Shown: one piece after another, positions 48,796-59,419 of the stretch
How the letters are laid out: each line of letters opens with the position of its first letter
Position numbering within the stretch: position 1 is the stretch's first letter
Source of the DNA: Eukaryota sp. TZLM1-RC
Taxonomy: Eukaryota > Protista > Metamonada: BaSk clade
Length of the DNA stretch: 64,000 nt
Assembly (NCBI GenBank): GCA_040285825.1
Contig: JAUPSS010000001.1
Coordinates: 124,001-188,000, forward strand
Reading direction: 5' to 3'
Notes under the pieces: generated by a model
The model's database searches: none
The model's input: the letters and a program-made list of their open reading frames with translations, nothing else
What the model was told of the DNA's origin: nothing
Made by a program: the position numbers and the translations under genes

Positions 48796-49375
48796 GCAAT
48801 TATATAAAAAAAATTCAAGAGAGGGCTAATTTTTTTATTTTTTTTTATTTTTTATAGTATGCGATAACTGAGAAAACCTCTGTTGAAATTTACAGAAATC
48901 AGTCATCTTTATCATCTACATCAACGGTTACTACTGTTTGCCTTTAGTGTGCTATTAGCCGACATCGGATCAAGAACTTATAAACACAGCGGTCCCAAAA
49001 CCCCGTAAGCTTTCCCTTGTCTTTCTTCTTGCCCTCAATTTTTCTCAATTAAGACTTCAGGTCGGCTATGCAGTTGAATTTAAAAGGAGCTAAAACACCA
49101 AAACTCAACTATTAATTCTTTATTGTTGTTTTGGAATCTCTTAGACCGTCAATTTAGTCTATATAAATTAATGTGGGATTACCAATGCTTGAGGAACACC
49201 CTGACACATAAAGTGGGTGATGGACAAAGTGAAATTATGCGGCTTGTATTTGAATTTCGTTGACTTGTATTTGGGTGATTACAGTAAAATTACTGATGTG
49301 TTCTAAATTTTCTTGTGAATATTTTTAATTGAACTTTGGAACACACAATCCTACAAACTATCCCTCAAGAAGCAT

Positions 49376-49607
49376 TATAGTTTGGTTCAGCAATGGTGGT
49401 GGTGATCCATCTCGTCAAGCTGTGAAATCCCCCCGAAAAAGATTTCTCTATTAAATTTCAAGGTGTTCAGTGTATACTAACCCTTGGTGCTGAGAAGTTT
49501 ACACACTTGTTAGAAATTATTTATTCAATACAGTACTGGGTGGGTGTTGAAAATCAGCACCCGAGTTGCAATTCACAGTATCAATTTGATGAGAAATTCT
49601 CATCAAA
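49376..49607 (+). mobile_element. Internally deleted Fanzor family 2 element (copy E): ~70 nt of RuvC-II coding sequence fused to the omegaRNA-like tail
   Basis: 49376-49448 matches 26724-26796; 49455-49530 and 49585-49602 match 27093-27195. Confidence 0.8.
49455..49607 (+). ncRNA. Putative Fanzor omegaRNA scaffold, family 2
   Basis: CAAGG..AGT-GTAT-ACT..CCTTG stem; GGGTGTTGA-AAA-TCAGCACCC hairpin; terminal palindrome TTTGATGAGAAATTCTCATCAAA. Confidence 0.6.
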
Positions 49608-49659
49608 CTACCCCCATCACCAGAATGCATCACTTGCTGACATTACTTGGACCAGTTCT

Positions 49660-51684
49660 ATGAATTTGGGAAGTCTCAGTGATGTAGATGAACCGCATCC
49701 TTCTCCTACCGTTTCCTCCCAGAATGCTCCACTCTCACCACGGTCAACTGAACTTACTCGATTGTTAGAAGATACTTTGATACAGTCTAGGTCACTGCTC
49801 TCTTCATTTGAACCCTCTAACCTTTATCCTCTCTCCGTTCTCCTCGACATCCTCAATGACATTTTGGACCCTGTAGTCTCCTCTCTGTCTTCATCTATTG
49901 TTTCCAACATTATTTCCCTTTCATCTATACCTCCAGCTCTTTTTCCCTTCTCACCAATACTTCGAGGCTGTATTCCCTCTTCTCTCACGCCAGCCAACCA
50001 TTCTGTTACTTTTCACCACATCAACACCATCTCCACGTCTCCCCTTGTGACACTACTTCAACAAGCTGAATCTTCTCTTTACACCCTCACCAATGATGGT
50101 AATCTCAATAGATATCACAATGATCATTTACTCGACTCCCAAAAATTAAGTAGAGTTGGATTAGGAAAGAAGTCAATGCAAGTCAAACCAATTAGGTCAA
50201 ATAAAAAGATCAAAAATAAGAATTTACAATTTTTTGAGTCTCTTCCCCAATTAATCTTCTCAGAATCAGGAGTTAATGTGGTTGATTTCAGTAAGCTAGC
50301 TTCTGATGATTTCGGGAGGTTTCTTAGTTGTGAATGTTTCAGTTACAATAGATATTTGATTTGCTTTTCCAAAAAAATTCTTTTTGCTAATGATCACAAC
50401 GTTTTAGAAGCCTTGCCATCAATTATTCAATCAAAGAAGAGCTCACGACACGCGTCACTGATCTCTTCTTTAACTTCCCCAATCAACTGCTTGTTCCTGA
50501 ACTGTTCTATAGTTGAGCAAGTCATGGAAGGCATTTCCTTTACCCTAACTCTAACCCTATGTCGCAATCAAACTGATGGTCGATTGTCGATTGCGGTTTA
50601 TTTCAGAGATGAAGTCATTCTAGTACAACCTCTAGATTGCACTTTACCTTCTCTCACCAATTTTGAATCTTTTTCTTGGGAGCAAAGCGAACGAATTAAT
50701 TCTTTAAATAACTTTAGAGTCTTTTCTACTGAAATGTGTGATGAATTCACCAAGGTTACTCTTATTAATGATTCTTCAAAATTACTCACTAAGTTAAATA
50801 TTTCTTCAAAAGATTATAAAAGTTTGGTTTTTAAAAATGGAATTCCTGCTGAAAATGACTTACTTTCGTTACACAAGACTACATTAATGAAAAAGTTAAA
50901 CCCTTATTTATTTCCTTATGCTCGTAAAATCACTTTAAGTACCCAAGAAATCACCTACTTGACTAGCCTTTCTTTAATCAATGGTGATTTGATTGTTGTC
51001 TATTTGATTGATCCTAAAACGCTTTTGGTACGAATGTTTTCTTTGGTACAAAACTCTGTTCAATTTCATGATGTAAAAGTGAGTTTGGTGACTTGGTTTT
51101 ATAACTATCCCTTAATTAAGTTGTATTATTTGCCTTTTGTTAATGAAACTAATTCGGATTATTTATTTGTTTTTCATAATTGGGTCATTTATGGTGTTTC
51201 TTTGGGGTTATTGACTGTTGTGTCGACAGTTTCTTTAATAGAAACGGAAACTGCACGTGATTGCCAATCAATCAATATCGTTGACAGTTTTAAACCTCAA
51301 TTTTCCAGTATTCCAATTATTTCTATTTCACATGATTTTATTTTAAGCATTTCAGCCTTGAATTATGACAAAATTCTTTTATTTAAATTAAAACTTAATG
51401 GTTCATGTAGTTCATTTAGAGCTCGATTTATAAGTCCATTTCACCGAATTTCCCTCGATAATAATTCGAAAATTTTAGAAAGTCATTGTTCTAATATTCT
51501 CAATAGAAATCCAGAATGCCCTTGGTTTGTTAATCAAATTGTTCAGGATATAATTGAAAATAGTTTAACAAGCTCTATTGAAGATTGTTTTTGTGGTGAT
51601 GATTTTGATTTTGATCAAGGTAATAGTAAAAATGTTTTTACTGAGTTTGAACAAAAATTGATTAATTCCTTCTCTTTTTCTTAA
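49660..51684 (+). CDS. Hypothetical ~674 aa protein
   Basis: Long uninterrupted ORF; first in-frame ATG at 49660 (the ORF-track start at 49507 lies inside the Fanzor tail). Confidence 0.7.
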   Translation: MNLGSLSDVDEPHPSPTVSSQNAPLSPRSTELTRLLEDTLIQSRSLLSSFEPSNLYPLSVLLDILNDILDPVVSSLSSSIVSNIISLSSIPPALFPFSPILRGCIPSSLTPANHSVTFHHINTISTSPLVTLLQQAESSLYTLTNDGNLNRYHNDHLLDSQKLSRVGLGKKSMQVKPIRSNKKIKNKNLQFFESLPQLIFSESGVNVVDFSKLASDDFGRFLSCECFSYNRYLICFSKKILFANDHNVLEALPSIIQSKKSSRHASLISSLTSPINCLFLNCSIVEQVMEGISFTLTLTLCRNQTDGRLSIAVYFRDEVILVQPLDCTLPSLTNFESFSWEQSERINSLNNFRVFSTEMCDEFTKVTLINDSSKLLTKLNISSKDYKSLVFKNGIPAENDLLSLHKTTLMKKLNPYLFPYARKITLSTQEITYLTSLSLINGDLIVVYLIDPKTLLVRMFSLVQNSVQFHDVKVSLVTWFYNYPLIKLYYLPFVNETNSDYLFVFHNWVIYGVSLGLLTVVSTVSLIETETARDCQSINIVDSFKPQFSSIPIISISHDFILSISALNYDKILLFKLKLNGSCSSFRARFISPFHRISLDNNSKILESHCSNILNRNPECPWFVNQIVQDIIENSLTSSIEDCFCGDDFDFDQGNSKNVFTEFEQKLINSFSFS

Positions 51685-51753
51685 TATTTTCGTTTGATTA
51701 TTCAAAATTAAATAAATTATGTATATTTCCGTTTTATTCACAAAAGGCACTTA

Positions 51754-52607
51754 CTATTCAGCCATCTGCTCACCAACCTCTAAAGGCAATTTAGCTACCA
51801 TTAGAGGTCTAGCTGGTACAGTATGATCAGATTTAATTTGAGCACTCTTATGTTGGAAAGTTCCAATTGGAGCTCTATATTTTCTCTGTGTGGGCGCTTC
51901 GAAAGGCCTTCTTTCGTCAACACCATCAGCTGTAATGATTGAGCAGTCAATATTACCCCCACTGCCCATATCATTAAAGATTCCAGCTCGGATAGCTTCA
52001 GTAGCAAGCTTGACAGCTTCGTCCTTGGTGAGTCCCTCTTTCCAGTGAGATTCGAGTATGGACATGGCTGCAAGACTACCAGAACCCATAGTAACGAAGG
52101 GACAAGACCAGTAACTGCCATGGGGATGGACTTCATAGAGAGAGGGACCATCTACTGGATCATGGCCTCCAATGATGAGAGCAGCACCTATGTGACCTTG
52201 ATGTTGCCATAATCGTTGTCTAAAGAATGTGACGGCCGAGATTACTCTAGGTGGCCTGGATGTATCAAGAGAGTGTTTGGTTAGAACAGCTGCTCCAAGT
52301 TCGGTTATTTTGTCACAATCAGCTGCGGTACCAGCACCACAGCATCGCATGTTAGGGGCTAAATAGTGAATTTTTTGACAATACTTATCAGCAACAATCG
52401 ACCCAGCAGAAGCACGAGTATCAGCTGCAAGCACGACACCTTGATCGAAAAGAACCCCGACGATCGTTGTACCAGTTTTAACTGCAGTAGGAAGATTGTC
52501 GAACTTTTCACTCAGGGTTTTGTTTCTCAGGTAAACAAGAATGCAAGATCATACCTGGAAAGGTTGGAGTTATCAAATTCAGAAGGAATGTGTAAGTCGG
52601 TGCTCAT
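51754..52607 (-). CDS. PSMB7: 20S proteasome beta-2 subunit (PUP1/PSMB7), 274 aa, 2 exons (52607-52555, 52525-51754)
   Basis: KTG|TTIVG catalytic Thr, LAADTR, CCGAGTAAD, TMGSGSLAAM, AGIFND.GSG.N.D. Confidence 0.95.
52526..52554 (-). other. 29-nt intron in PSMB7 with a GAG 3' splice site
   Basis: GTATGATCTTGCATTCTTGTTTACCTGAG; removal gives the propeptide FDNSNLSR|NKTL. Confidence 0.85.
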
Positions 52608-52800
52608 TGAGTTGAAGATTAATTGAATATAAAATACAAATTCTCCACTTTCAATTAATATTTATTAATCAAAATGATGCTCACATGTTCATGTAGCCTC
52701 CTCTTCCACAAACTGTGTAGTCTTCAACAATCATTTATTAGGGAAAGTGCGATAGGGAGAAAATTTTGATAGGGAATTCTTCCTTTTCTCTCTTGTTACA

Positions 52801-53324
52801 ATGCGTGTTTGTTGTTCTTTTGTCTCTCACAGAAGGTCTTCAAGGATCTTTTTACTGGTGACGAACTTTTCTCTGATGCTTACAGATTTTCTGTATTAGA
52901 TGACATAATCTACGAAGTCATTGGCAACTACGTGTCTATCAACGAGGATAACGAAATTGTTCCCTCCGATTCCGATGAAGCTGTTGGAACTGCTTTGAAT
53001 ATTGTTGTTGACCAAGGTCTTGAATCCACAGTATTTGACAAGAAGTCTTTCGGTATCTATTTGAAGATGATTTTCAAGAAGATCAAAGAACATCTTGAAA
53101 AGAACGACCCTGACCGTGTCCAAGATTTCATGAAAGCTGCTGCTCCATTTGCCAAGAAGGCTCTCGGTCTTTTTAAAGATCTTGAATTTTACACTGGATC
53201 TTCAATGAACCCCGAAGGTGTTGTAGTCATGATCTATCACAAGGACATTGAAACTGCCAATGGTCTTGAAGAAAGACCTTGTGCCTGGGTTTTGAAGGAC
53301 GCTGTGAAAGAAGAGAAGTACTAA
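52801..53324 (+). CDS. TPT1: Translationally controlled tumour protein homolog, 2 exons (intron 52807-52835)
   Basis: MR|VFKDLFTGDELFSD.Y, FDKKSF..YLK, F.DL.FY.G.SM.P.G, KD...EEKY. Confidence 0.93.
52807..52835 (+). other. 29-nt intron in TCTP (AAG acceptor; alternative CAG acceptor at 52832)
   Basis: GTTTGTTGTTCTTTTGTCTCTCACAGAAG. Confidence 0.75.
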
Positions 53325-53477
53325 AGACTTATTTATCTTGTTGTTTTAAAACTAAATATATATGTTGTTCACGGCATTGTTCAATGTGCCATATACTTGG
53401 AAAGGCAACAATAAACTATATGAATAAAAGTACAAAACATGATTGATAAAAGAGGTTAAAATCCAGCACATAAGGGA

Positions 53478-53705
53478 TTATTGCTGATCTTTAGGAGGAT
53501 TGACACTACCATTTTCAATCAGGGCCTTCTCCAACCTATTTGCGGTGAACTTATCATTTACCGTGAGTGTATAAGTTTTCCTTGATAATCTGACACGGAA
53601 CTTGACCTGATCACTTTTGGTATTGCGTCGGACATCAACTGGACCAGCTATATCTGATCTAGCAATGGCAATAAACTCTTTGACGCTTTCTACTTGCTTA
53701 GGCAT
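53478..53705 (-). CDS. RPL38: 60S ribosomal protein eL38
   Basis: MPKQ....K.F...AR, VKF.VR.SR..YTL.V.D...A..L. Confidence 0.92.
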   Translation of the reverse strand: MPKQVESVKEFIAIARSDIAGPVDVRRNTKSDQVKFRVRLSRKTYTLTVNDKFTANRLEKALIENGSVNPPKDQQ

Positions 53706-54064
53706 AAGCTAACAGCACAATGAAATGAATCAAGTTTCAAAATTGAAGGACTTTCTTTTCAAAAAGTACTTTTCCTTATTTTATCAAAAATCCATCATTA
53801 TCACACCGATTAGCTGTCGACATACAGCTGTTGTTGTGTAATATGTTCTTTGAACTATTGCAGAGACATCTGTGTACAGTCATGAAGTACTAATTTAACT
53901 ATACCTTTGTTTACATCACTTCTATTGATACCTGAGTTTGCTTTTATTCTTGTGTTCAGCATTCCACACATTCAAATCAGTAACCTAGTGATTAAATCAG
54001 AAATTAGTGATTTCCATTTATGACATTGAATCATCAGCAAACTGTCCTCAATGTTGAATTGAAC

Positions 54065-54620
54065 AATTGTGTTACCAAATAGAATTGAATTTTGCAGTAG
54101 GATTCGTGCAATATGTTTCAAAATAAGGTAACATTCTGGCAAGTAATTCAATAAAGCACCATGAATACTGTATGGATGAATTGAATTAAAAGCATTGCTA
54201 AAATCCATTAACATGCAAACCTTGGATTCATTTTGATGAAATAAAACATCTGTAGCAAAGACTGCTGAAGCAGCCCCATCAGTGGTGTTGAATCCGTATC
54301 GGAACGGTAACAAATTTTTTCCTGCTTTTTCATTGAATCTATTTGAACAGCAAGCTGAGCAAATATTCTGCAAAGATTCAGAAAGTGCGATTGGACAAAC
54401 ATCCATTGTTGAATTTTTAACAAATGCAGTCAACCGTGAACATCTCAATTCTTCAGAACATTTGAGTTGGCCAGTTGGAACTATATTAAAAAAATCTTGT
54501 TAATAGATTTAGACAATCTTCTAACAAAATAACTTCAGCTTTGATATGATCTATAGAAAGACCAGAAAGACCTGCAGACTTTCCACGTGTTCTCTTTTTG
54601 ATTTCTGAAAAGAATACATT
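54065..54620 (-). mobile_element. CRE-like RT fragment (family of 12099-14306)
   Basis: KSAGLSG, RLTA.VKNS.MDV.PIA.SESL, YG.NTTDG, DFSNAFNS. Confidence 0.8.
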
Positions 54621-55501
54621 AATAAAAACTTATATATTCTGAATTGTTGTTACAGTAACTGTTGTGTCAAATTGCTTATTGATTCACTACTGACTCAAAA
54701 GAGATCCTTTCAGGTGCAGCAAATACATATTTCACTGATAAAAGAAGCAGAATGTACAACAAGTAGTTGAAGCAGAGTTTTGGAAAATGTAGCTGTCTTC
54801 ACAATTTTACCCAAAAAGGGACAGATATAGATCAGTCATCTACTCTCATAATGGTTCATAGAATTCTATTGCAATTAGTGAATTCTTCTAATTCCTTATC
54901 TAAATGATATTATTAATATTTTTATTTTGAGAAATTCCCTTATTCACACCAAGACAACTAACACCTAATGCACTCAAACACCTTCATTTAAATAGGAAAT
55001 GTTTGTTTTGTTCAAGCAACTCTTCAAATAAGATCAAAAAACATGATACTTGACTTTGGATGACTTGAATCACAGACTCTTTGTCTGTACTCTCCAATTG
55101 TATTTCAAAATAACTACACTCCAATTAATTTTAATAAATGTGTATGCTGAGCAGTTTCAGATCATAAAATTCGAAATGATATAGGTATATTTTAATCAAT
55201 TCATGCATAATAACAAATTCAAATGTTTGAAAATGAACTATTGTTGATTTTCTGTTGATAATATGCATTTCTGACTCCTATGCACTCTGCCACATAGCTA
55301 ATACTCCTTGTAATACATTTATTGATTTTGGTTATAAGCTCATATACTAGAAGAGTAAACAAAATTTCAAAAATAGAATTAATCATGAATTGTATTTGGG
55401 CATTGACAAAAATGAAAATCTCAACGACTTTAGCTCGGCCGACCCCCCCCCCCTGGGTAAATTGAATGATAGGAGTTTTTGAAATGGATTTGAGTTCTAA
55501 A

Positions 55502-58500
55502 TTACTGACAACTTAAGAACAACCTATTAGTATCAGTGCATTCTGTAACATGTCCATCATTTACCACTAAGATTTGATCATAATCAACAATGGTTTGCAA
55601 ACGGTGAGCTATCGTAATAACAGATGATTTCTTGGATAATTCACTCAGACATTTCGTCAAAACCTTATCTGATTGTTGATCCAATGAACTAGAAGCCTCA
55701 TCAATTAAAACAATCTTGGCATTAGACATTAATGTTCTGCAGACAGAAATTAACTGCCGTGTACCAACAGAAAGGGTAGCACCAGCTTCAGGAATATAGG
55801 AATCAAGTGAGAGAGTGGTTCCATCATAAAATTCAATAGTGTTCAAGCCCGTTCTAGTCATTGTGTCAAACAACACAGTGTCAGAAAAAGATTCAGTAGG
55901 ATCTAAGTTGAATCTCAAGGTGCTGGAAAACAAGACTGGGTCCTGTGGGCAAATAGCGATGTAACACCGGAGAAAAGAAAGTGGAAGATCTTCAATGGAA
56001 ATACCATCAATTAAAACGTCACCTTCTTCTAACTTCAAAGTTCTGAGCAAAACGTTGAACAAAGAACTTTTGCCTGATCCAGTTTCACCGATAATAGCTG
56101 TTTTTGAAAAAGCCTCAGTCGTGAAGGAAACTCCATCCAACACCAAAGGGAGGTGTTTCTTATAGCGTGCAGAGACGCTTTCAAACTCAATACAAGGTTT
56201 TCTTGGAGTTGGTTGATTGGGGAGAAATACATCAACTTCCTGATTTAAATTTGCATATTCATCTATTCTTTCCACACTGGTTAGAGTACCCTCAAAGGAC
56301 AGATACGACTCAATCATTGACTTTATGCTAGTTTGAACATTGATGGCATACATGAGTAGAAGTCCAAAAAAAGCAGGTGAAAGATCAAAAATCAATGAAC
56401 AAAAACCAACAAAAGCAATAAGCACAAGTCCAATTAGAGTCAGTCTTATTGACAACCAAGAAGAGACCAATACTTGAAAAAATTGTGACTTGGTTGCATT
56501 ATTGAAAGAATCAGCTGAAACGAATTGATCCCCAACCCCCAAACTTCTGATAGTGCTACTCCCAGTAAGTATTTCTTGCAGCACATGAAAGATTGGGGAC
56601 TTGCTAGAGGACACAAGCCTTTTTACTTGGGAGTATAACAAACGAAATCTTTGTTGAAGTTTGAAATAAAGGAAACTAACCAAGGCAACAGGGATAAAGA
56701 GTACAGGAACTACAGCAATGACAGCTACTAAATGCGAAAAAACAGACGAATAGACCTTCAATACTTTGAGAAATTCCATTTGAACCCTAGAATCCAAATT
56801 GGAAATATCCTGACTTATTCTATTAGTTATTCTACCCAAAGGAGTTTCATCAAAGAAATCCAAGGTTGTGCCAAAAATTCCATCAATCAGATTACTATGA
56901 AGTACCTTTGCAGCAGAGAGTACTGCAAATGATACGAATAATGTGGTAAAAGCCGAAAAAAACACTGTGAGAAGCCGAGAACCCCCAAAAAGAGTTAAAA
57001 ACAAAGTTGTAGAGGTTGTAGAATTCGATAAAAAATTAGACAAAACAAAATCTGAAAAAACAAGAAAGAACTGGGACAGACACAATAGTAAAATGACACT
57101 AATGATGAACCTTGTACCTCCCAAAGCCCTCAATAACAATAAATGGATTCTCCAATTGATGGTTTCAAACACTGTGATTTCATTTGCTGCCTGAATAGCT
57201 TGTTTTTTTAAAAACGAAGTGGTATAAGGTTTAAATTCTACTTGATCTACGCAAACACTTCCACAATGGCTTTCGTCATGAACAACCTTTCCATGGCTAA
57301 GAGTTAGTACTCTATGAGAGTAATGAGAGAATAATTGAGGGTGGTGGGTGGCAACAATAACGGCAGATCTCTGCAAAAGAAGAGGGAAGAGGTGTTTTGT
57401 GATGTGAAGTTGGGTGTCGTGATCTAGAGAGGCAAAGTTTTCTCCACCACTCAAATTGTGACCCTTGTTACCGATGATAGTAAGGTCTTGGTCCTTGAAT
57501 TGAAGTATAGAAGAAAGAGAACATGCATGAATGACAATTGAGTAAACATTTGGATCGAATTGATTAAACAAGATGATGTTGTCTCTGATTGTTGCAGACC
57601 TTATCCACGGAGTCTCAGAGACATACAACGCAGAACCTCGAGTCAAAGGAAGTCCTTGAACCTGGACAGGATCTCCAAAAACTGAAGAAAGTAAAGTGGA
57701 CTTCCCAGAAGCTATGACCCCTTGAACTATAATAAGCTCCCTTTCCTTTATTTCTACGCCAAATCCATTCATATCCAAAGTAAAGTCCCCACTTCCTGAA
57801 CCCCATTTGAACTGAGCGTTGGGAGGTATCGAAAGAAAGGTGGAATTGTGGAGGGGAATGTCATTAACTTTGGTTGAGTGGAGAACCGAATTTATTCTGT
57901 CCAAGGAAACTTTGGCCTCAAGAAACTTTGCTACTTTCATTGGTAACATTTGTAGAGGTCTCGACAACATGGAGATTAATGTTAATGACGTCATGACAGT
58001 CGACACAGTCAAATTCTCAGGGTTAAAAACTGTAATCGAGACAATCATTGCTAAAACAAGAAATACTGGCACTGATTGGAACACAAGAGTCCAAACAGCC
58101 CTTAGAATCTTCACTTTTTTCAAAAATCCCAATTCTAAATCTCTGTATTTGCTGATTTTTCTTTTAATAAAACTTTCCAAACCACCTAATTTAATCGTTT
58201 TAATTCCAGAAATTGATTCATTCAAAAACTTAACTCTGTCATCACTAGCTTCCCTTGTCTTCTTCTTTGAACGAATAAGTGATCTGGTGAGGACTGTTGA
58301 GATTGGAAAAGTTATCAGAAAAAGGAAGAGAGACAAGAGGGCAGGTGTCCCTCCAGCAAGGCGGTAGAGATAAACGAAAGAGATTGAAATTCTGATCGGA
58401 AGGGCAACTAATGTATAGGCATCCCTTACAGCACGAGATAGAATCATACAATCTGAGGACACAGTGTTTATCGTTTTACCGGACCCCAGCTTCGTTTTGG

Positions 58501-58960
58501 ATTCAGAAGAGAGATAGAGTGAGGATTGGCATACCAGGACTGCAAGGGAAGAGCGTAATCGACAAGAGAAAGAAGTAACCTTGACAGAGATAAAGTTTGA
58601 CAAGATTTCCTGAAAGAGCAAAAACACCACCAAAAAGGATAAAAGTAGAACAACATAGTTTGTTGGACCTGCTGATTCAAGTTCATTGAGAATAAGGCGA
58701 AGGATGGTCGGGTGAACAAAGCTCAGAAGAGAGGAGAAAATGGTCGCCAAGCTGAGAAAGACCAGGGTAGATTTGTATGTGTTCCAAATACAGCGTATCA
58801 GTGAAGGAGATGATCTACAATCCAACTCTTCGTACCACTTTGGGATGAATGTAACCTTTATAGATTCAACAGAGTCACTTTCATAACAATTGGGCAAGTC
58901 ATCAATGTCAAGATTCCTAGTTTTGACTGTATCCACAAAAGGAGTTACACATCGAAACAT
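55502..58960 (-). CDS. ABCC (MRP-like) transporter TMD-NBD-TMD-NBD; NBD1 carries an in-frame deletion
   Basis: G...SGKS Walker A twice, FFD.TP.GRI.NR, ICPQDP.LF, LIDEASSSLD, TIAHRL. Confidence 0.9.
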   Translation of the reverse strand: MFRCVTPFVDTVKTRNLDIDDLPNCYESDSVESIKVTFIPKWYEELDCRSSPSLIRCIWNTYKSTLVFLSLATIFSSLLSFVHPTILRLILNELESAGPTNYVVLLLSFLVVFLLFQEILSNFISVKVTSFSCRLRSSLAVLVCQSSLYLSSESKTKLGSGKTINTVSSDCMILSRAVRDAYTLVALPIRISISFVYLYRLAGGTPALLSLFLFLITFPISTVLTRSLIRSKKKTREASDDRVKFLNESISGIKTIKLGGLESFIKRKISKYRDLELGFLKKVKILRAVWTLVFQSVPVFLVLAMIVSITVFNPENLTVSTVMTSLTLISMLSRPLQMLPMKVAKFLEAKVSLDRINSVLHSTKVNDIPLHNSTFLSIPPNAQFKWGSGSGDFTLDMNGFGVEIKERELIIVQGVIASGKSTLLSSVFGDPVQVQGLPLTRGSALYVSETPWIRSATIRDNIILFNQFDPNVYSIVIHACSLSSILQFKDQDLTIIGNKGHNLSGGENFASLDHDTQLHITKHLFPLLLQRSAVIVATHHPQLFSHYSHRVLTLSHGKVVHDESHCGSVCVDQVEFKPYTTSFLKKQAIQAANEITVFETINWRIHLLLLRALGGTRFIISVILLLCLSQFFLVFSDFVLSNFLSNSTTSTTLFLTLFGGSRLLTVFFSAFTTLFVSFAVLSAAKVLHSNLIDGIFGTTLDFFDETPLGRITNRISQDISNLDSRVQMEFLKVLKVYSSVFSHLVAVIAVVPVLFIPVALVSFLYFKLQQRFRLLYSQVKRLVSSSKSPIFHVLQEILTGSSTIRSLGVGDQFVSADSFNNATKSQFFQVLVSSWLSIRLTLIGLVLIAFVGFCSLIFDLSPAFFGLLLMYAINVQTSIKSMIESYLSFEGTLTSVERIDEYANLNQEVDVFLPNQPTPRKPCIEFESVSARYKKHLPLVLDGVSFTTEAFSKTAIIGETGSGKSSLFNVLLRTLKLEEGDVLIDGISIEDLPLSFLRCYIAICPQDPVLFSSTLRFNLDPTESFSDTVLFDTMTRTGLNTIEFYDGTTLSLDSYIPEAGATLSVGTRQLISVCRTLMSNAKIVLIDEASSSLDQQSDKVLTKCLSELSKKSSVITIAHRLQTIVDYDQILVVNDGHVTECTDTNRLFLSCQ

Positions 58961-59099
58961 CTAAATCAATTTGGATCAATCCAAAATCAATTTCCCAGTC
59001 CAATATATCAGCATTTGTCGGCACTGTAGAGGTCTACAGTGTACTTCTAGTTAAAAGTGCTCACACACAGATTGTTCAGCACATTTTGTTGTTTCAAAT

Positions 59100-59408
59100 G
59101 AAAGAATTCTCATTACCAATGGTCCTGGTAAGTAAGCTTTTGCAACATTAATTAGCTAGTGACTCTCGAACGTCAAACTGAGAAAGAAATAATAAGGTCT
59201 TTTTCTATCAGTGATAGTTGCTGCTTGTTTAGTGAGACGTGCAAACTCAGTAACAAAGGCTCAACAAAGCTTTTCAATAGAAATAAGCTGGCTTGTCTGA
59301 ATATGTTTGCAATTGCTGAAGCGAGGATGAGTGGTAATGAAAGGCCTCAGTATACAGTTTTTGTAATTATTCTGTACGAAAATTGATCGTGTATTTATGG
59401 GAATTTCC
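59100..59408 (+). mobile_element. Fanzor family 4 3' remnant (copy G)
   Basis: KLFNRNKLACLNMFAIAEARMSGNERPQY (NRD..A..N...I...G..RP.Y Fanzor1 C-terminus) plus a tail shared with 38364-38410. Confidence 0.72.
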
Positions 59409-59419
59409 TATCAAAATGT

